Positions 33,553 to 44,518 of a DNA stretch of 64,000 nucleotides are shown in pieces. The translations under genes were made by a program, and so were the position numbers. This stretch comes from an uncultured bacterium. GTDB lineage: Bacteria > Desulfobacterota_D > UBA1144 > Nemesobacterales > UBA2774. The notes below the pieces were generated by a model that was not told where the DNA came from, made no database searches, and saw only the letters and a program-made list of their open reading frames with translations. Numbering within the stretch: position 1 is the stretch's first letter; each line of letters starts with the position of its first letter. The DNA lies in NCBI GenBank assembly GCA_963705505.1, contig CAVPJU010000006.1, forward strand, positions 256,001-320,000, given 5' to 3'.

Positions 33553-34959
33553 ATGACGGTCAGAACCAGATTCGCCCCTAGCCCCACAGGGTCTCTCCAC
33601 ATCGGAGGGGCGAGGACGGCCATTTTCAACTGGCTCTTTTCAAGGCACCACGGCGGCGAATTCATACTGCGTATCGAAGATACGGACCGCTCCCGCTCTA
33701 CGGAAGAATCCATTGAAGAAATTACGGACGCCATGAAATGGCTCGGGCTCGACTGGGACGAGGGACCGTTCAGACAATCGGACAGGCTCCATATATATAA
33801 GGACCTCGCAGACAAGCTCTTAGCCTCGGGACATGCATACAGGTGTTACGTGACCTCAGAAGAGCTCGAAGAGAAGAGAAGAGAGGCTCAGGGGAGAGGT
33901 GAGGTCTTTCATTATAAACGCGAATGGGCGGATAAAAACGCAGGCCCCGATAAACCCTATGCCATACGCCTCCTGACGCCCGACGAAGGGACTATCGAGG
34001 TGCACGATCTTTTGCGCGGGAAGGTCGTATTCGATGCCGGGGAGATAGACGATTTCGTGATCCTTAAGACGGACGGCTTCCCGACATATAACTTTGCTGT
34101 CGTAGCCGATGACGCTCTGATGAGGATAACCCACGTTATAAGAGGGGACGACCATCTGATAAACACACCGCGGCAGGTCCTTATCTATAATGGGCTCTCG
34201 CTCGAAGTGCCCGAAGTAGCCCACGTCTCCATGATCCTCGGACCGGACGGCAAGAGGCTCAGCAAGAGACACGGTGCAACATCGGTCGTAGCGTACAGGG
34301 AAGAGGGTTATCTGCCGGACGCTCTCGTGAATTACCTGACGCGCCTCGGCTGGTCATACGGCGATCAGGAGATATTCACAAGGGAAGAGCTGGTCGAGAA
34401 ATTCACTCTCGATAACGTCGGCAAATCGGCCGCCATATTCAATCCCGAAAAGCTCGAGTGGTTAAACGGCTGGTTCATACGGAATAAGCCGCCCGAAGAG
34501 ATAGCAGAGCTCGTCCTCCCGATTCTTCGTGGTAAAGGTATTAATGCGGAACTAGATAAAAAACTCATCATGATTGTAAAAGAGCTGAGTCAGAGGGCAA
34601 AGACACTTCTCGATATATCGGATTCACTCGACTATTTCTACGCTGACGAGATCGAATACGACGAAAAAGCGGCGGGCAAATTCCTCACTCCGGAGATACT
34701 GGACGTACTAGAAGATTTGACCGTAAAACTCTCCCTGTCAGATTCATTTACAGCAGCAGATATACAGAAAGTGTTCGAGGGCATAATGGAGGAGAGGGGA
34801 TTAAAGCTGGGGAGCATCGCACAGCCCGTAAGGGTCGCGCTCACGGGTGGAACAGTGAGCCCGGGTATTTTCGAGGTGATGGAGATACTGGGGAGAGAAG
34901 AAGTTTTGAGCAGGCTCAAAAAGGCAGTTGAGTATATATACGCAAAAAAAACCGGATGA
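33553..34959 (+). CDS. gltX: Glutamate--tRNA ligase
   Basis: RFAPSPTG, HIGG, LRIEDTD, KRLSKRHGA. Confidence 0.97.
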   Translation: MTVRTRFAPSPTGSLHIGGARTAIFNWLFSRHHGGEFILRIEDTDRSRSTEESIEEITDAMKWLGLDWDEGPFRQSDRLHIYKDLADKLLASGHAYRCYVTSEELEEKRREAQGRGEVFHYKREWADKNAGPDKPYAIRLLTPDEGTIEVHDLLRGKVVFDAGEIDDFVILKTDGFPTYNFAVVADDALMRITHVIRGDDHLINTPRQVLIYNGLSLEVPEVAHVSMILGPDGKRLSKRHGATSVVAYREEGYLPDALVNYLTRLGWSYGDQEIFTREELVEKFTLDNVGKSAAIFNPEKLEWLNGWFIRNKPPEEIAELVLPILRGKGINAELDKKLIMIVKELSQRAKTLLDISDSLDYFYADEIEYDEKAAGKFLTPEILDVLEDLTVKLSLSDSFTAADIQKVFEGIMEERGLKLGSIAQPVRVALTGGTVSPGIFEVMEILGREEVLSRLKKAVEYIYAKKTG

Positions 34960-35068
34960 TTAAACTCGACTTCAGAGGGACACACGTGAACATACGCTTC
35001 TCCCTCTCAACTTATTACAGTTCAGCTCTCACCTGAAAAATATAACCCTAATTATTTACCTGTAGCTA

Positions 35069-35932
35069 TTAGTATTGAAAAAAGCCCTTGCCGGATTTTC
35101 TACCGAGCCATCCGGCCCTGACCATCTGTCTGAGTAAAGGGGCAGCGCGGTATTTCGAATCCTGGAACTCCTTATAGAATACGTCCATCACATCTATAGT
35201 CACGTCGAGTCCGATGAGGTCGATCAATGCAAGCGGGCCTATCGGCTGGTTCGTGCCGAGCTTCATCGCCTTGTCTATGTCCTCTGCAGTCCCGACCCCG
35301 TCAGAAAATGCGAATACCGCCTCGTTCAGCATCGGGATAAGGATCCTGTTCACGATAAAGCCGGGTATGTCCTTTGTCTTCACAGGCTCTTTTCCGAGAG
35401 CAGTTGCAAAATCAAATGCGAACTCCGCGGTCTCATCAGACGTAGTAAGGGTTTTGATTACCTCGACAAGCTTCATGACCGGAGCGGGGTTAAAGAAGTG
35501 CATCCCGACTACCTTATCCGGCCTCCCGGTACCTACGGCGATCTCCACAATCGGCAGAGACGAAGTGTTGGTCGCGAGAACCACATCGGGCTTAGTCGAT
35601 TCGTCGAGTTTTTTATAGATTTCCTTTTTTACCTTCATATCCTCGAATGCCGCTTCTATAACGAGGTCAACATCCTTAAAATCCTCATATTTTGTGCTGG
35701 TTTTTATTCTCGATAAAATGGACTTGCTTTCCTCTTCCTTTATAGTCTCTTTCTTCACGAGCCTGCCGAGACTCCCCTCTATCCCCTTCATTCCCCTGCC
35801 CAAAGCGGCCTCGGTAACGTCGACCAGCACCACTTCCCTGCCGCTCGAAGCTACCACCTGCGCGATCCCCGAACCCATTGTTCCGGCTCCGACGACTCCC
35901 ACTTTCTTTACATCTTCCACCTTTTTGGACAT
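35069..35932 (-). CDS. hbd: 3-hydroxybutyryl-CoA / 3-hydroxyacyl-CoA dehydrogenase
   Basis: GAGTMGSGIA, ATNTSSL, GMHFFNP, PGFIVNR, LGRKSGKGF. Confidence 0.9.
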   Translation of the reverse strand: MSKKVEDVKKVGVVGAGTMGSGIAQVVASSGREVVLVDVTEAALGRGMKGIEGSLGRLVKKETIKEEESKSILSRIKTSTKYEDFKDVDLVIEAAFEDMKVKKEIYKKLDESTKPDVVLATNTSSLPIVEIAVGTGRPDKVVGMHFFNPAPVMKLVEVIKTLTTSDETAEFAFDFATALGKEPVKTKDIPGFIVNRILIPMLNEAVFAFSDGVGTAEDIDKAMKLGTNQPIGPLALIDLIGLDVTIDVMDVFYKEFQDSKYRAAPLLRQMVRAGWLGRKSGKGFFQY

Positions 35933-36084
35933 GTCGTTCTCCTTTTCTTTTCGCAATTGCGAAATTTAAGGATTTATTATACCCAACTGATAATTTAATC
36001 AAGTCTCCCGCGTGAAGAGCGCGCCGCCGCATTCGTGAGACCCGTAATTTGAAAGAGCATAATTACCGAATTACAATACCCCCG

Positions 36085-36688
36085 ATGAAGGTCATCGGGC
36101 TTACGGGAAACATAGCTTCGGGAAAAAGCTCTGTGGCGGCGATGTTCGAAGAGCTCGGAGCGAGGATAATCGACGCAGATGAGATCGCACGGCTGGTCGT
36201 CGAGCCGGGCAAACCGGCGTGGAGGGAAATTATCGAGAAGTTCGGAAAAGATATACTGAAACCCGACGATACAATAAACAGGAAAAAACTCGGAGAGATA
36301 ATCTTCAACGATGAAGACAAAAGGAAGACACTGAACGAAATCACGCATCCCAGGATAATCGGTAAAATCAGGGAGCTTGTTCATGAGTATGCGAAGGAGA
36401 AGGTCCCGGTCGTCATAATAGAAGCAGCGCTCATAGTGGAAAAGGGCGGACTCAGGGACCTGATAGAGGGTCTTATAGTAGTGACCTCCGACGAAGAGTC
36501 CCAGATAAAAAGGCTCATGGAGCGAAACGGGTATTCGAGAGAGGAGGCGGTCTCGAGGCTGAGATCACAGATGCCCGCCCCGGAAAAGCTGAAGCATGCA
36601 GACTACATAATAGATAACTCCGGGCCCCCTGGAGAATACCAGGATCGAGGTAAAGGGTGTCTGGGAAGCTATCGGCGGTTTGAGCTGA
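36085..36688 (+). CDS. coaE: Dephospho-CoA kinase, 1-nt frameshift near 36628 in the C-terminal tail
   Basis: IGLTGNIASGKS, IDADEIAR, ITHPRI, ADYIIDNSG; removing one C gives PLENTRIEVKGVWEAIGGLS*. Confidence 0.9.
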
Positions 36689-36899
36689 CACCGCATACAC
36701 AAGTCCGAAATTATCAGGAACCAAACAATTCATCTACCGTCCCCGCTCCTCAGGCACATGCCCTTGGTGCGAAGGATGAATTAATAATCCTTATAATTTC
36801 CGGGCTCTATACAAATCCCGCACCCGGCCGCGCCACTTGCCAATTGGGTATTTACGTAGTATTTTTTTGGATTCTCTAACACCTTCAAAGGAGCCAAGA

Positions 36900-38444
36900 A
36901 TGAAGGATAAGATTGCCGTACTGGAACAAAAAGAAAGAGAAGCCGAGGCGGGGGGCGGTGAGGCGAGGGTTCAGAAACAGCATGAAATCGGCAAACTCAC
37001 GGCAAGAGAGAGAATCGACCTTCTTCTCGATAAAAACACCTTTGTAGAGCTCGACAAATTCGTAGTGCACAGATGCACTGACTTCGGTATGGAGAGTAAA
37101 AAATTCCTGGGCGACGGTGTCGTCACGGGCTACGGGAAAATCGACGGGCGGCAGGCATTCGTCTACGCACAGGACTTTACTGTTTTCGGCGGCTCGCTCG
37201 GTATGGTTCACGGCAAAAAGATATGCAAGGTAATGGACCTTGCCATGCAGGTGGGCGTCCCGATTATCGGCCTCAACGACTCCGGCGGCGCGAGGATACA
37301 GGAAGGCGTTGAGAGCCTCGGGGGGTACGGAGAGATATTTTGCAGGAACGTGCTCGCCTCGGGAGTCGTACCGCAAATATCGGCAATCATGGGTCCCTGC
37401 GCCGGGGGTGCGGTATATTCCCCAGCGATAACCGATTTCACGATAATGGTCAGGAACACCAGCTATATGTTCATTACAGGGCCCGACGTAATAAAGGCGG
37501 TGACCCACGAGGAAGTGGACTCCGAAGAATTGGGCGGAGCGATGGTGCATAACTCCAGAAGCGGCGTCGCACATTTCGCCGTCGAAGACGACAAGGAATG
37601 CATACTGCTGATTAAGGAACTCCTGAGCTTCCTGCCTTCCAATAACATGGAGGACCCGCCCAGGACAGGCACCGACGACCCTTCCGACAGGAAAGCAACG
37701 GCTCTAAGAGCCATTGTGCCCGAAAACCCTAACAAGCCATACGATGTTAAAGACGTGATAAGCGCCATTGTGGATGAAGGCTACTTTTTCGAGATTCAGG
37801 AGCATTACGCTCAAAACATAGTAATCGGCCTCGCAAGAATGGCGGGGAGAGTAATCGGCATTGTCGGGAACCAGCCCAATATCCTGGCAGGCTGTCTCGA
37901 CATAGACGCCTCGGTAAAAGCTGGCAGGTTCGTGAGGTTCTGCGATTGTTTTAATATCCCCATTTTGACATTCGAAGACGTGCCGGGGTTCCTGCCGGGG
38001 ACTTCCCAGGAATGGGGCGGCATCATAAAACACGGTGCAAAGCTCCTATATGCATACAGCGAGGCGACCGTTCCGAGGGTGACTGTCATAACGAGAAAGG
38101 CTTACGGCGGAGCCTACGACGTCATGTCCTCGAAACATGTGAGGGGCGATATAGTGATGGCATACCCGACTGCGGAGATCGCCGTGATGGGCTCGGACGG
38201 AGCAGTCAATATAATCTCGCGCGCGCAGATAATGCAGGCCGAGGACCAGGAGGCGGAAAGGGCGAAGCTCATCGAGGAATATAAGGAAAGGTTCGCCAAC
38301 CCGTACAGGGCGGCAGACCTCGGTTTCGTGGACGAAGTTATAAGACCTGAGGACACGAGGGTGCGGGTAATCTCGGCGTTTGAGATGCTCGACGGGAAAA
38401 GACAGACCAATCCCCCGAAAAAGCACGGGAACATACCACTTTAA
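36900..38444 (+). CDS. pccB: Acyl-CoA (propionyl-CoA type) carboxylase carboxyltransferase subunit
   Basis: [38 protein letters not shown]. Confidence 0.92.
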   Translation: MKDKIAVLEQKEREAEAGGGEARVQKQHEIGKLTARERIDLLLDKNTFVELDKFVVHRCTDFGMESKKFLGDGVVTGYGKIDGRQAFVYAQDFTVFGGSLGMVHGKKICKVMDLAMQVGVPIIGLNDSGGARIQEGVESLGGYGEIFCRNVLASGVVPQISAIMGPCAGGAVYSPAITDFTIMVRNTSYMFITGPDVIKAVTHEEVDSEELGGAMVHNSRSGVAHFAVEDDKECILLIKELLSFLPSNNMEDPPRTGTDDPSDRKATALRAIVPENPNKPYDVKDVISAIVDEGYFFEIQEHYAQNIVIGLARMAGRVIGIVGNQPNILAGCLDIDASVKAGRFVRFCDCFNIPILTFEDVPGFLPGTSQEWGGIIKHGAKLLYAYSEATVPRVTVITRKAYGGAYDVMSSKHVRGDIVMAYPTAEIAVMGSDGAVNIISRAQIMQAEDQEAERAKLIEEYKERFANPYRAADLGFVDEVIRPEDTRVRVISAFEMLDGKRQTNPPKKHGNIPL

Positions 38445-38462
38445 AAACCAAAGGATTATTAA

Positions 38463-39956
38463 ATGTTCAAGAAGATTCTCATAGCTAACAGGGGGGAAAT
38501 CGCGGTAAGGATTATCCGTGCATGCAGGGAGTTAGGGGTAAGCACCGTTGCCGTATATTCCGATGCTGACAGACGCTCCCTTCACGTGGCGCTTGCCGAC
38601 GAAGCATACCACATCGGAGGCTCGGCCCCCGGAGAGAGTTACCTGAATAAAGAGAAGATTATAGACGCCGCAAAAAGCTCGGGCTCAGAAGCAGTCCATC
38701 CCGGTTTCGGATTCCTATCCGAAAACGAGTCCTTCGCCGATATGTGCGAGAAATCGGGCATCGTCTTCATAGGGCCCACCCCTGAGGCCATACGCCTGAT
38801 GGGAGATAAGATCACGGCAAGAAAAATCGCCCACGAAGTCAAGGTGCCGCTGGTGCCGGGGTCCGACGGAGCGGTGAGCGATGTAGAAGCCTCAGTGATC
38901 GCCGACGAAATAGGATATCCCGTAATGATAAAGGCCTCCGCGGGCGGCGGCGGGAAAGGGATGAGGCTCGTGAGGAACAAGGACGATTTCGAAAGCTCTC
39001 TCCGCATGGCGAGGAGCGAAGCCCGCTCCGCATTCGGAGACGACTCGGTTTTCGTCGAAAGGTTTATAGAGCGTCCGAGACACATCGAGATACAGATCAT
39101 AGCGGACTCGGAAGGCAATACGCTCCATTTATTCGAGCGCGAATGCTCTATTCAGAGAAGACACCAGAAAGTGATTGAAGAAGCGCCTTCCTCCGCAATA
39201 AGTTCAAGGACAAGAAAGAAAATGGGGGAAGAGGCGGTGCGGATTGCAAAGGCCGTTAAATACAGGGGAGCCGGTACGATAGAGTTCATAATGGACCAGA
39301 AGCAGAATTTTTATTTCCTCGAGATGAATACCAGGGTGCAGGTGGAGCATCCCGTGACGGAGATGATAACCGGATTCGATATAGTTAAATGGATGATCAG
39401 GATAGCCGCCGGAGAAATGCTCCCGCTCAAGCAGAAAAACATCGTCATGAAAGGACATGCGCTCGAGTGCAGGGTATATGCCGAGAACCCCGAGACAAAT
39501 TTCCTCCCGTCCCCGGGTGTAATCGAATACCTGAGGACTCCGAGCGGCCCGGGCATAAGAGACGACTCATCTATATATAACGGCTGCGAAATAACTCCCT
39601 TTTATGACCCTATGCTCTCGAAGCTCATTGTTTGGGCCGACACGAGGGAGGCCGCGATCAAGAAAATGGAATCATCCCTCAGGGAATATATAGTGCTCGG
39701 CGTGAAAACAAACATCGGATTCCTGATCCGCGTAATGAACAATGACGAATTCCGGAAAGGAAAGATCGATACGGGGTTCATAGAAAGGCATCCCGAGCTT
39801 TTAAAGCCATCGGCAGTGGAAATAGAACCGGCCCTGATAGCAGCCGCACTCGCGATGAACAGTTCAGAATACGCCGCTCAGGCAGCACAGAAACCGGCGT
39901 CGAACTGGAAACTCTTCGGTAGAAGATTAGGCGTATCCAGGAGCCCCCTTGCATGA
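38463..39956 (+). CDS. accC: Biotin carboxylase subunit
   Basis: KILIANRGEIA, GGGGKGMR, ERECSIQRRHQK, FLEMNTRVQVEH. Confidence 0.92.
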   Translation: MFKKILIANRGEIAVRIIRACRELGVSTVAVYSDADRRSLHVALADEAYHIGGSAPGESYLNKEKIIDAAKSSGSEAVHPGFGFLSENESFADMCEKSGIVFIGPTPEAIRLMGDKITARKIAHEVKVPLVPGSDGAVSDVEASVIADEIGYPVMIKASAGGGGKGMRLVRNKDDFESSLRMARSEARSAFGDDSVFVERFIERPRHIEIQIIADSEGNTLHLFERECSIQRRHQKVIEEAPSSAISSRTRKKMGEEAVRIAKAVKYRGAGTIEFIMDQKQNFYFLEMNTRVQVEHPVTEMITGFDIVKWMIRIAAGEMLPLKQKNIVMKGHALECRVYAENPETNFLPSPGVIEYLRTPSGPGIRDDSSIYNGCEITPFYDPMLSKLIVWADTREAAIKKMESSLREYIVLGVKTNIGFLIRVMNNDEFRKGKIDTGFIERHPELLKPSAVEIEPALIAAALAMNSSEYAAQAAQKPASNWKLFGRRLGVSRSPLA

Positions 39957-40447
39957 TATACACCTTTAAAATCCGGGACCAAATCTATAAAATCACTCTG
40001 GAAGAAGACGAAAACCAGCTTCAGATAGATATCGAAGGCCGCGCGATCCCGGTAGATTTCAAAAAAGTTGAAGACAACCTGTATTCAATAATAATAAACG
40101 GAATATCCAAAAGCGTGGGTGTCCTGAAGAAAGGCAAGAAGGTACAGGTCTTTCTCGACGGCGACCTTTATGAGCTCGAGGCTGTCTCCGAAAGAGAGCA
40201 GCGCAAGACCTCCCACATCACCTCGGGAATACAGGAGATAAAGTCACCGATGCCGAGCAGGGTTGTGAAAATCCTCAAGGGCGAGGGCGATGAAGTCGCG
40301 CCCGATGAGGGAATTATCGTAGTCGAGGCCATGAAGATGGAGAGCGAGCTCAAATCCCCGATCGCGGGAAAGGTCAAGAACGTGATGGTCAAGGAAGGAG
40401 ACGCTGTCGAATCAGGGACTGTGCTTCTAGTTGTCTCCTCCGAGTAA
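39953..40447 (+). CDS. Biotin carboxyl carrier subunit
   Basis: EAMKME biotinylation motif; ATGA overlap with accC. Confidence 0.92.
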   Translation: MIYTFKIRDQIYKITLEEDENQLQIDIEGRAIPVDFKKVEDNLYSIIINGISKSVGVLKKGKKVQVFLDGDLYELEAVSEREQRKTSHITSGIQEIKSPMPSRVVKILKGEGDEVAPDEGIIVVEAMKMESELKSPIAGKVKNVMVKEGDAVESGTVLLVVSSE

Positions 40448-40514
40448 AACTTTTTTACTCAGTTAAACAAACTTCCCGACAACAGGACGGCATCCGGCCT
40501 TAACGGAATGTCTC

Positions 40515-41084
40515 TCATTTTTCAGGCGACGATAAAGGTCCCGAGCCGCCCGGATTGCGGGTCCAGACCGTACCGTTACTCCACTTTATCTTGGTAGCGG
40601 CATCATTCACGAGTCCCGTAATGCCGAGAGAAGGTATGTAGAGCTCGCGGCTGCTTTTTGCATATCCATTGCTCGTCTGTCCGTTTTCGTTCGTTATGCT
40701 GAACTTCCATCCGTTGTCATAGACCTGTATGGAGGTAGGGCTGTTCCCGTGATACCATCTGCCGGTTATATGAGTTTTGCCGCTCGGATACCTGGTCCAT
40801 ACCGTATTGTTGGACCACGTAATCTGGTTTCCCCCGTTCTGAATCGCACCCGTTACATTCCAGCCGGGCACCTTTATTTGCCAGGGGTCGACAAAACGTC
40901 CTACGGCCTTGTCGCCGTTCTCGTTGATCAATACTACATGCGTAAAGTCCTTTACGTTTATTTGGGTCTGCATATTATTGTGATACCAGGTTCCGCTTAT
41001 CCCGAAATCCTCCGAAGACGATATACGAGGCAATACCAATAATAATGAAAGGAAAAGCAGCGACGAGATAAGTGCGTTACGCAT
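40515..41084 (-). CDS. Secreted protein with two tandem Trp-rich repeats of about 70 aa
   Basis: Signal peptide; repeats ISGTWYH...NENG...WSNNTVWTR and ITGRWYH...NENG...WSNGTVWTR; GAGGAGG SD. Confidence 0.8.
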   Translation of the reverse strand: MRNALISSLLFLSLLLVLPRISSSEDFGISGTWYHNNMQTQINVKDFTHVVLINENGDKAVGRFVDPWQIKVPGWNVTGAIQNGGNQITWSNNTVWTRYPSGKTHITGRWYHGNSPTSIQVYDNGWKFSITNENGQTSNGYAKSSRELYIPSLGITGLVNDAATKIKWSNGTVWTRNPGGSGPLSSPEK

Positions 41085-41151
41085 AATATTTACCCTCCTC
41101 AAGAGTGAGCTGGAAGCTAAACAGGAATTATATAACTTGCCGGTTATTCAT

Positions 41152-42033
41152 TCAACGGGACGAAGACCCGGTCGGAATTAAATCGGGTTTATGCCTGCGC
41201 GCCACCTCATCGGCTAACAGACCGAATTCCTGAATGGTCAGTGTCTCAGCCCGTCTCCTCCTGTCTATACCGCACGAAGCGAGGACGCTTTCCGCCGCAT
41301 CCTTGGGAAGTATCGACCTGAGTGAATTTCCGAGCATCTTCCTCCTCGATGAAAATGCCGCCCGCAAGACCTTCTCGTAGAGCTCCTCATCCGATACCGG
41401 GACCCTCGGCTGAGGAAGAGGGACGAATTTCAAGACCGCGGAATCGACTTTCGGCCTCGGCCAAAAGGCCGCAGGCGGGACCCGGAATTCAATCTTTACG
41501 TCCATATATGTTTGAATCAGCACGGATATGGAGCCGTATTGCTTCCCGCCGGGCCCGGCGGATATCCTCTCGCCGACTTCGAGCTGGAGCATCAGGATAA
41601 GAGACGAGAATATATCGCGATTTTTAAGGAGCCTGACGAGAACGGGAGTCGAAATGCTGTAGGGAAGATTCGAAACGACTTTAATCTTATTCCCCCTGTA
41701 AAAATCCCTGTAATCAATTTTAAGGCAATCCCCCGGTATTAGCTCTACGTTCGGATGTCCGTCGAGTATTTCACGCAGACGGGATATTACCCTCTCGTCT
41801 TTCTCGATTGCAACGACTCTCCCCGCCCTCTCCGCAAGCGCGAGAGTAAGCGCTCCCATACCCGGCCCGATTTCGAGAACCTCGTCTTCAGGCGATAGCG
41901 ACGCGGTTTCGACGATCCTGTCTATTACCCTCCTGTCCGTTATAAAATTCTGACCGAGGCTTTTTCTGGGATAAGCTTTTTCGCCGGAGAAAAATTCTTT
42001 AGGATTAAACTCTTTTCTTTTTCCGTCCGTCAT
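41152..42033 (-). CDS. rsmA: 16S rRNA m6(2)A dimethyltransferase
   Basis: KSLGQNF, VLEIGPGMG, SNLPYSIST, PRPKVDSA, RAETL. Confidence 0.96.
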   Translation of the reverse strand: MTDGKRKEFNPKEFFSGEKAYPRKSLGQNFITDRRVIDRIVETASLSPEDEVLEIGPGMGALTLALAERAGRVVAIEKDERVISRLREILDGHPNVELIPGDCLKIDYRDFYRGNKIKVVSNLPYSISTPVLVRLLKNRDIFSSLILMLQLEVGERISAGPGGKQYGSISVLIQTYMDVKIEFRVPPAAFWPRPKVDSAVLKFVPLPQPRVPVSDEELYEKVLRAAFSSRRKMLGNSLRSILPKDAAESVLASCGIDRRRRAETLTIQEFGLLADEVARRHKPDLIPTGSSSR

Positions 42034-42140
42034 TTGTTATGGGAAAAAATCAATAATTGGAAGTATAGCTTTTAAATCCGGGAATGGTACACAAAATGGG
42101 GGCATTAACCGCAGCTTTCTGACAGCTCTATCGCCTCTCT

Positions 42141-44276
42141 TCAGCTCCCCAATTCCTCAAGGGATATGTCCTCGTAATGCGTAATTTTATTTTTGCCATG
42201 ATTTTTCGATTCGTAGAGCGCCCGGTCCGCTTTTTCAATCAGCAATTCCTTGTCGGCTGCACATTGGGGATAGGTCGCAATACCGATGCTGAGCGAGACC
42301 ACTATATCCCCGGAATCGGATTTGAGAGAGATCCTCTTCAGCTTGCTCCTTACTTTTTCGGCAACCGCGATCGATCCGCTCTTATTGGTGTTCGGGAGAA
42401 TCACGGCGAATTCGTCGCCGCCGTACCTGGCGGGTATATCTACTTTCCTCAACGACTCGCGCAATAAATTTCCGATCGAGGACAGCACGGTGTCGCCCGC
42501 CTGATGGCCGTAGGTGTCGTTTATAATTTTCAAATCGTCCACGTCAACGAGTAAGAGAGAGGCCTCCGTCGAGAACCTGTCGGAATGAACGAGCGTATAT
42601 GAAAGCATTTCCTGAAAATGCCTGTGATTATACAACCCGGTAAGCCCGTCCCTGATAGCGAGCTCCTTTACCTTCTGGAAATTGAGGGACGAGGTTATGG
42701 CCTTGGACGATTCACGGCAGATAATTTTTGCAAGACTGATCTCGCCCTCGTTAAAGGGGTTTTTGGCCCTCCTGCCGATAACGACACAGCCGAGGACAGC
42801 CTGATTATTATTCTCGAGGTCCTGAAAAGTTTCGTGGAACGGATAGATCAGCACCGACTTTATAGTCTTGATACCGAGTGCAAAATCGATTTCCTTTCCG
42901 AAAACGCTTCTGTATTTCGCCCTTGCAGAGATATCGTCGAAGTGAAAGTGGTTTCCGCTCTCCGCGACGAGTCCGATGAGAGTATCGCCGTGCGGAATCT
43001 GTTTATCCTCCAGATGCTCCTTCATCCCTTCGCTCGCCCTCTTGAGATAACTATATCCCCCCTCTTTATCCACAAGCGATACGCCCACGAAATCGGCCTC
43101 GAATATCCTCAGCAGCGTATCGATAATGTGATCCAGAATTACGTCGACATCGCTTGTTGAATTGAGCCTCTGAGTAAAATCGTAGAACGAATTGAGCTCC
43201 TGGGAGCTGAGATTGACCTTCTCCGAAAGCTGGAACCTGTCTATGGTTTCGACTATTCTGTCCGAAATGAGCGACACGATCAGCTTTTCCTTGTCACCGA
43301 ATGCCTCCTGCTGAAGACTATCGACTACGAGCATGCCGAATATGCTTTCGCCCCCTTCAGTCTTGTCCCTATCCCCCTTAAAAAAGAGCGGGGTTGCAAG
43401 TAAGGATTTAACCGGCAGGTTTTTATTGTAATATATGAGATTTTTCCTGACGTTCTTTATACTGGTTATGAGAACCTGGGTCTTAGTCTTTAATACCCAG
43501 CCCAGATAACCTCCGCGGAAGTTGAGCCTCTGACCCCTGTCAACATAATCCTTGCTCTTGGATATAAAATCCGCTATAGCATAAAGCCCGTCGTCCATTT
43601 TCATGTAGAGCACGACACTGTGATTCGGAACGAGCTCGCAGAGTATGCCGAGAGACCTCCTTATCTCATTCTTAAGCTCTTTAACGCTGAACGGCTCGTT
43701 CTTTTCGTCTTTTTCAGCGTTCCCGGATATGAGTGCGGGAAGGATTACATCTTTTCCCCTGTTTCTCTGAAATATATAAGAACCCAGCCGCTCCTTATTG
43801 CCTTTAAGCAAAAACCCGATTACAACAGTCGTAATCAGAAGCAGTGAAAGCTGAACCGGAGTCCCTATTCCCATATGCAGAGTTATCTGAATAATTGAGA
43901 TAACAAGGAAAGAGAGGCTCCCCCCCGCCCATCCGAAGAAGTAAATGAGAACAGGGACCATCAAAAACGATATGGGGAAAACATCGTTTCCGAATATCTC
44001 CAGTATGACTTCAAACAGAAGTGTATAAAGCAGAGAGAACTCGAGCCTGTCCAATACAGGGATATCTTGAAAACCTGCTCTTATATAATTAAGCGTCCTG
44101 TAGCCGACGGTGGAGATTAAAAACAGAGTTACCAGAACCGAGTAAAAATTAAGCGAGTGAAAGCTGTCCTTATATATAAGTATGAATATCAGTGCGGAGA
44201 GTAGTACAATAAATACCTTGCCGAGTAAAAAATTCGAGTATGTGATCTTATTCTTTAAATCTGTATATTTTTTCAC
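42141..44276 (-). CDS. Membrane-bound diguanylate cyclase (multi-TM, GAF, GAF, GGDEF), DmxA-like
   Basis: Hydrophobic N-terminus, two GAF-like regions, DGLTGLYN, NDTYGHQAGD, RKVD I-site, RYGGDEF; GTG start overlaps ftsB. Confidence 0.9.
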   Translation of the reverse strand: MKKYTDLKNKITYSNFLLGKVFIVLLSALIFILIYKDSFHSLNFYSVLVTLFLISTVGYRTLNYIRAGFQDIPVLDRLEFSLLYTLLFEVILEIFGNDVFPISFLMVPVLIYFFGWAGGSLSFLVISIIQITLHMGIGTPVQLSLLLITTVVIGFLLKGNKERLGSYIFQRNRGKDVILPALISGNAEKDEKNEPFSVKELKNEIRRSLGILCELVPNHSVVLYMKMDDGLYAIADFISKSKDYVDRGQRLNFRGGYLGWVLKTKTQVLITSIKNVRKNLIYYNKNLPVKSLLATPLFFKGDRDKTEGGESIFGMLVVDSLQQEAFGDKEKLIVSLISDRIVETIDRFQLSEKVNLSSQELNSFYDFTQRLNSTSDVDVILDHIIDTLLRIFEADFVGVSLVDKEGGYSYLKRASEGMKEHLEDKQIPHGDTLIGLVAESGNHFHFDDISARAKYRSVFGKEIDFALGIKTIKSVLIYPFHETFQDLENNNQAVLGCVVIGRRAKNPFNEGEISLAKIICRESSKAITSSLNFQKVKELAIRDGLTGLYNHRHFQEMLSYTLVHSDRFSTEASLLLVDVDDLKIINDTYGHQAGDTVLSSIGNLLRESLRKVDIPARYGGDEFAVILPNTNKSGSIAVAEKVRSKLKRISLKSDSGDIVVSLSIGIATYPQCAADKELLIEKADRALYESKNHGKNKITHYEDISLEELGS

Positions 44277-44517
44277 CTGTTTTGATCATCCCCAGCTCTT
44301 CTCTGATGATTTTTCCCATATAAATCTTGTCCTTTTTTATCAAGTCTATTCTCTTCCTGAGTTCGTTGTTCGCCGCCTCCAGCTCCTTTCCCTCCATCTT
44401 GACCTTATCGTTCTCCCTGTGGAGGGCATAAACCTGCGAAATTTCCCTGGCAAATAGATATACCAGAAACGATGCAACTGCCAGTATCAATATAATTCTG
44501 AATATCAGCCTTTCCAA
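44248..44517 (-). CDS. ftsB: Septum formation initiator FtsB/DivIC
   Basis: Short TM, coiled coil, IREELGMIKTGEKIY signature. Confidence 0.85.
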   Translation of the reverse strand: MERLIFRIILILAVASFLVYLFAREISQVYALHRENDKVKMEGKELEAANNELRKRIDLIKKDKIYMGKIIREELGMIKTGEKIYRFKE

Positions 44518-44518
44518 T

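Noticed and set aside
36689..36899. Long C-terminal extension of CoaE and N-terminal extension of PccB in the ORF track
   Set aside because: Artefacts of the coaE frameshift and an upstream TTG; the SD supports the pccB start at 36900
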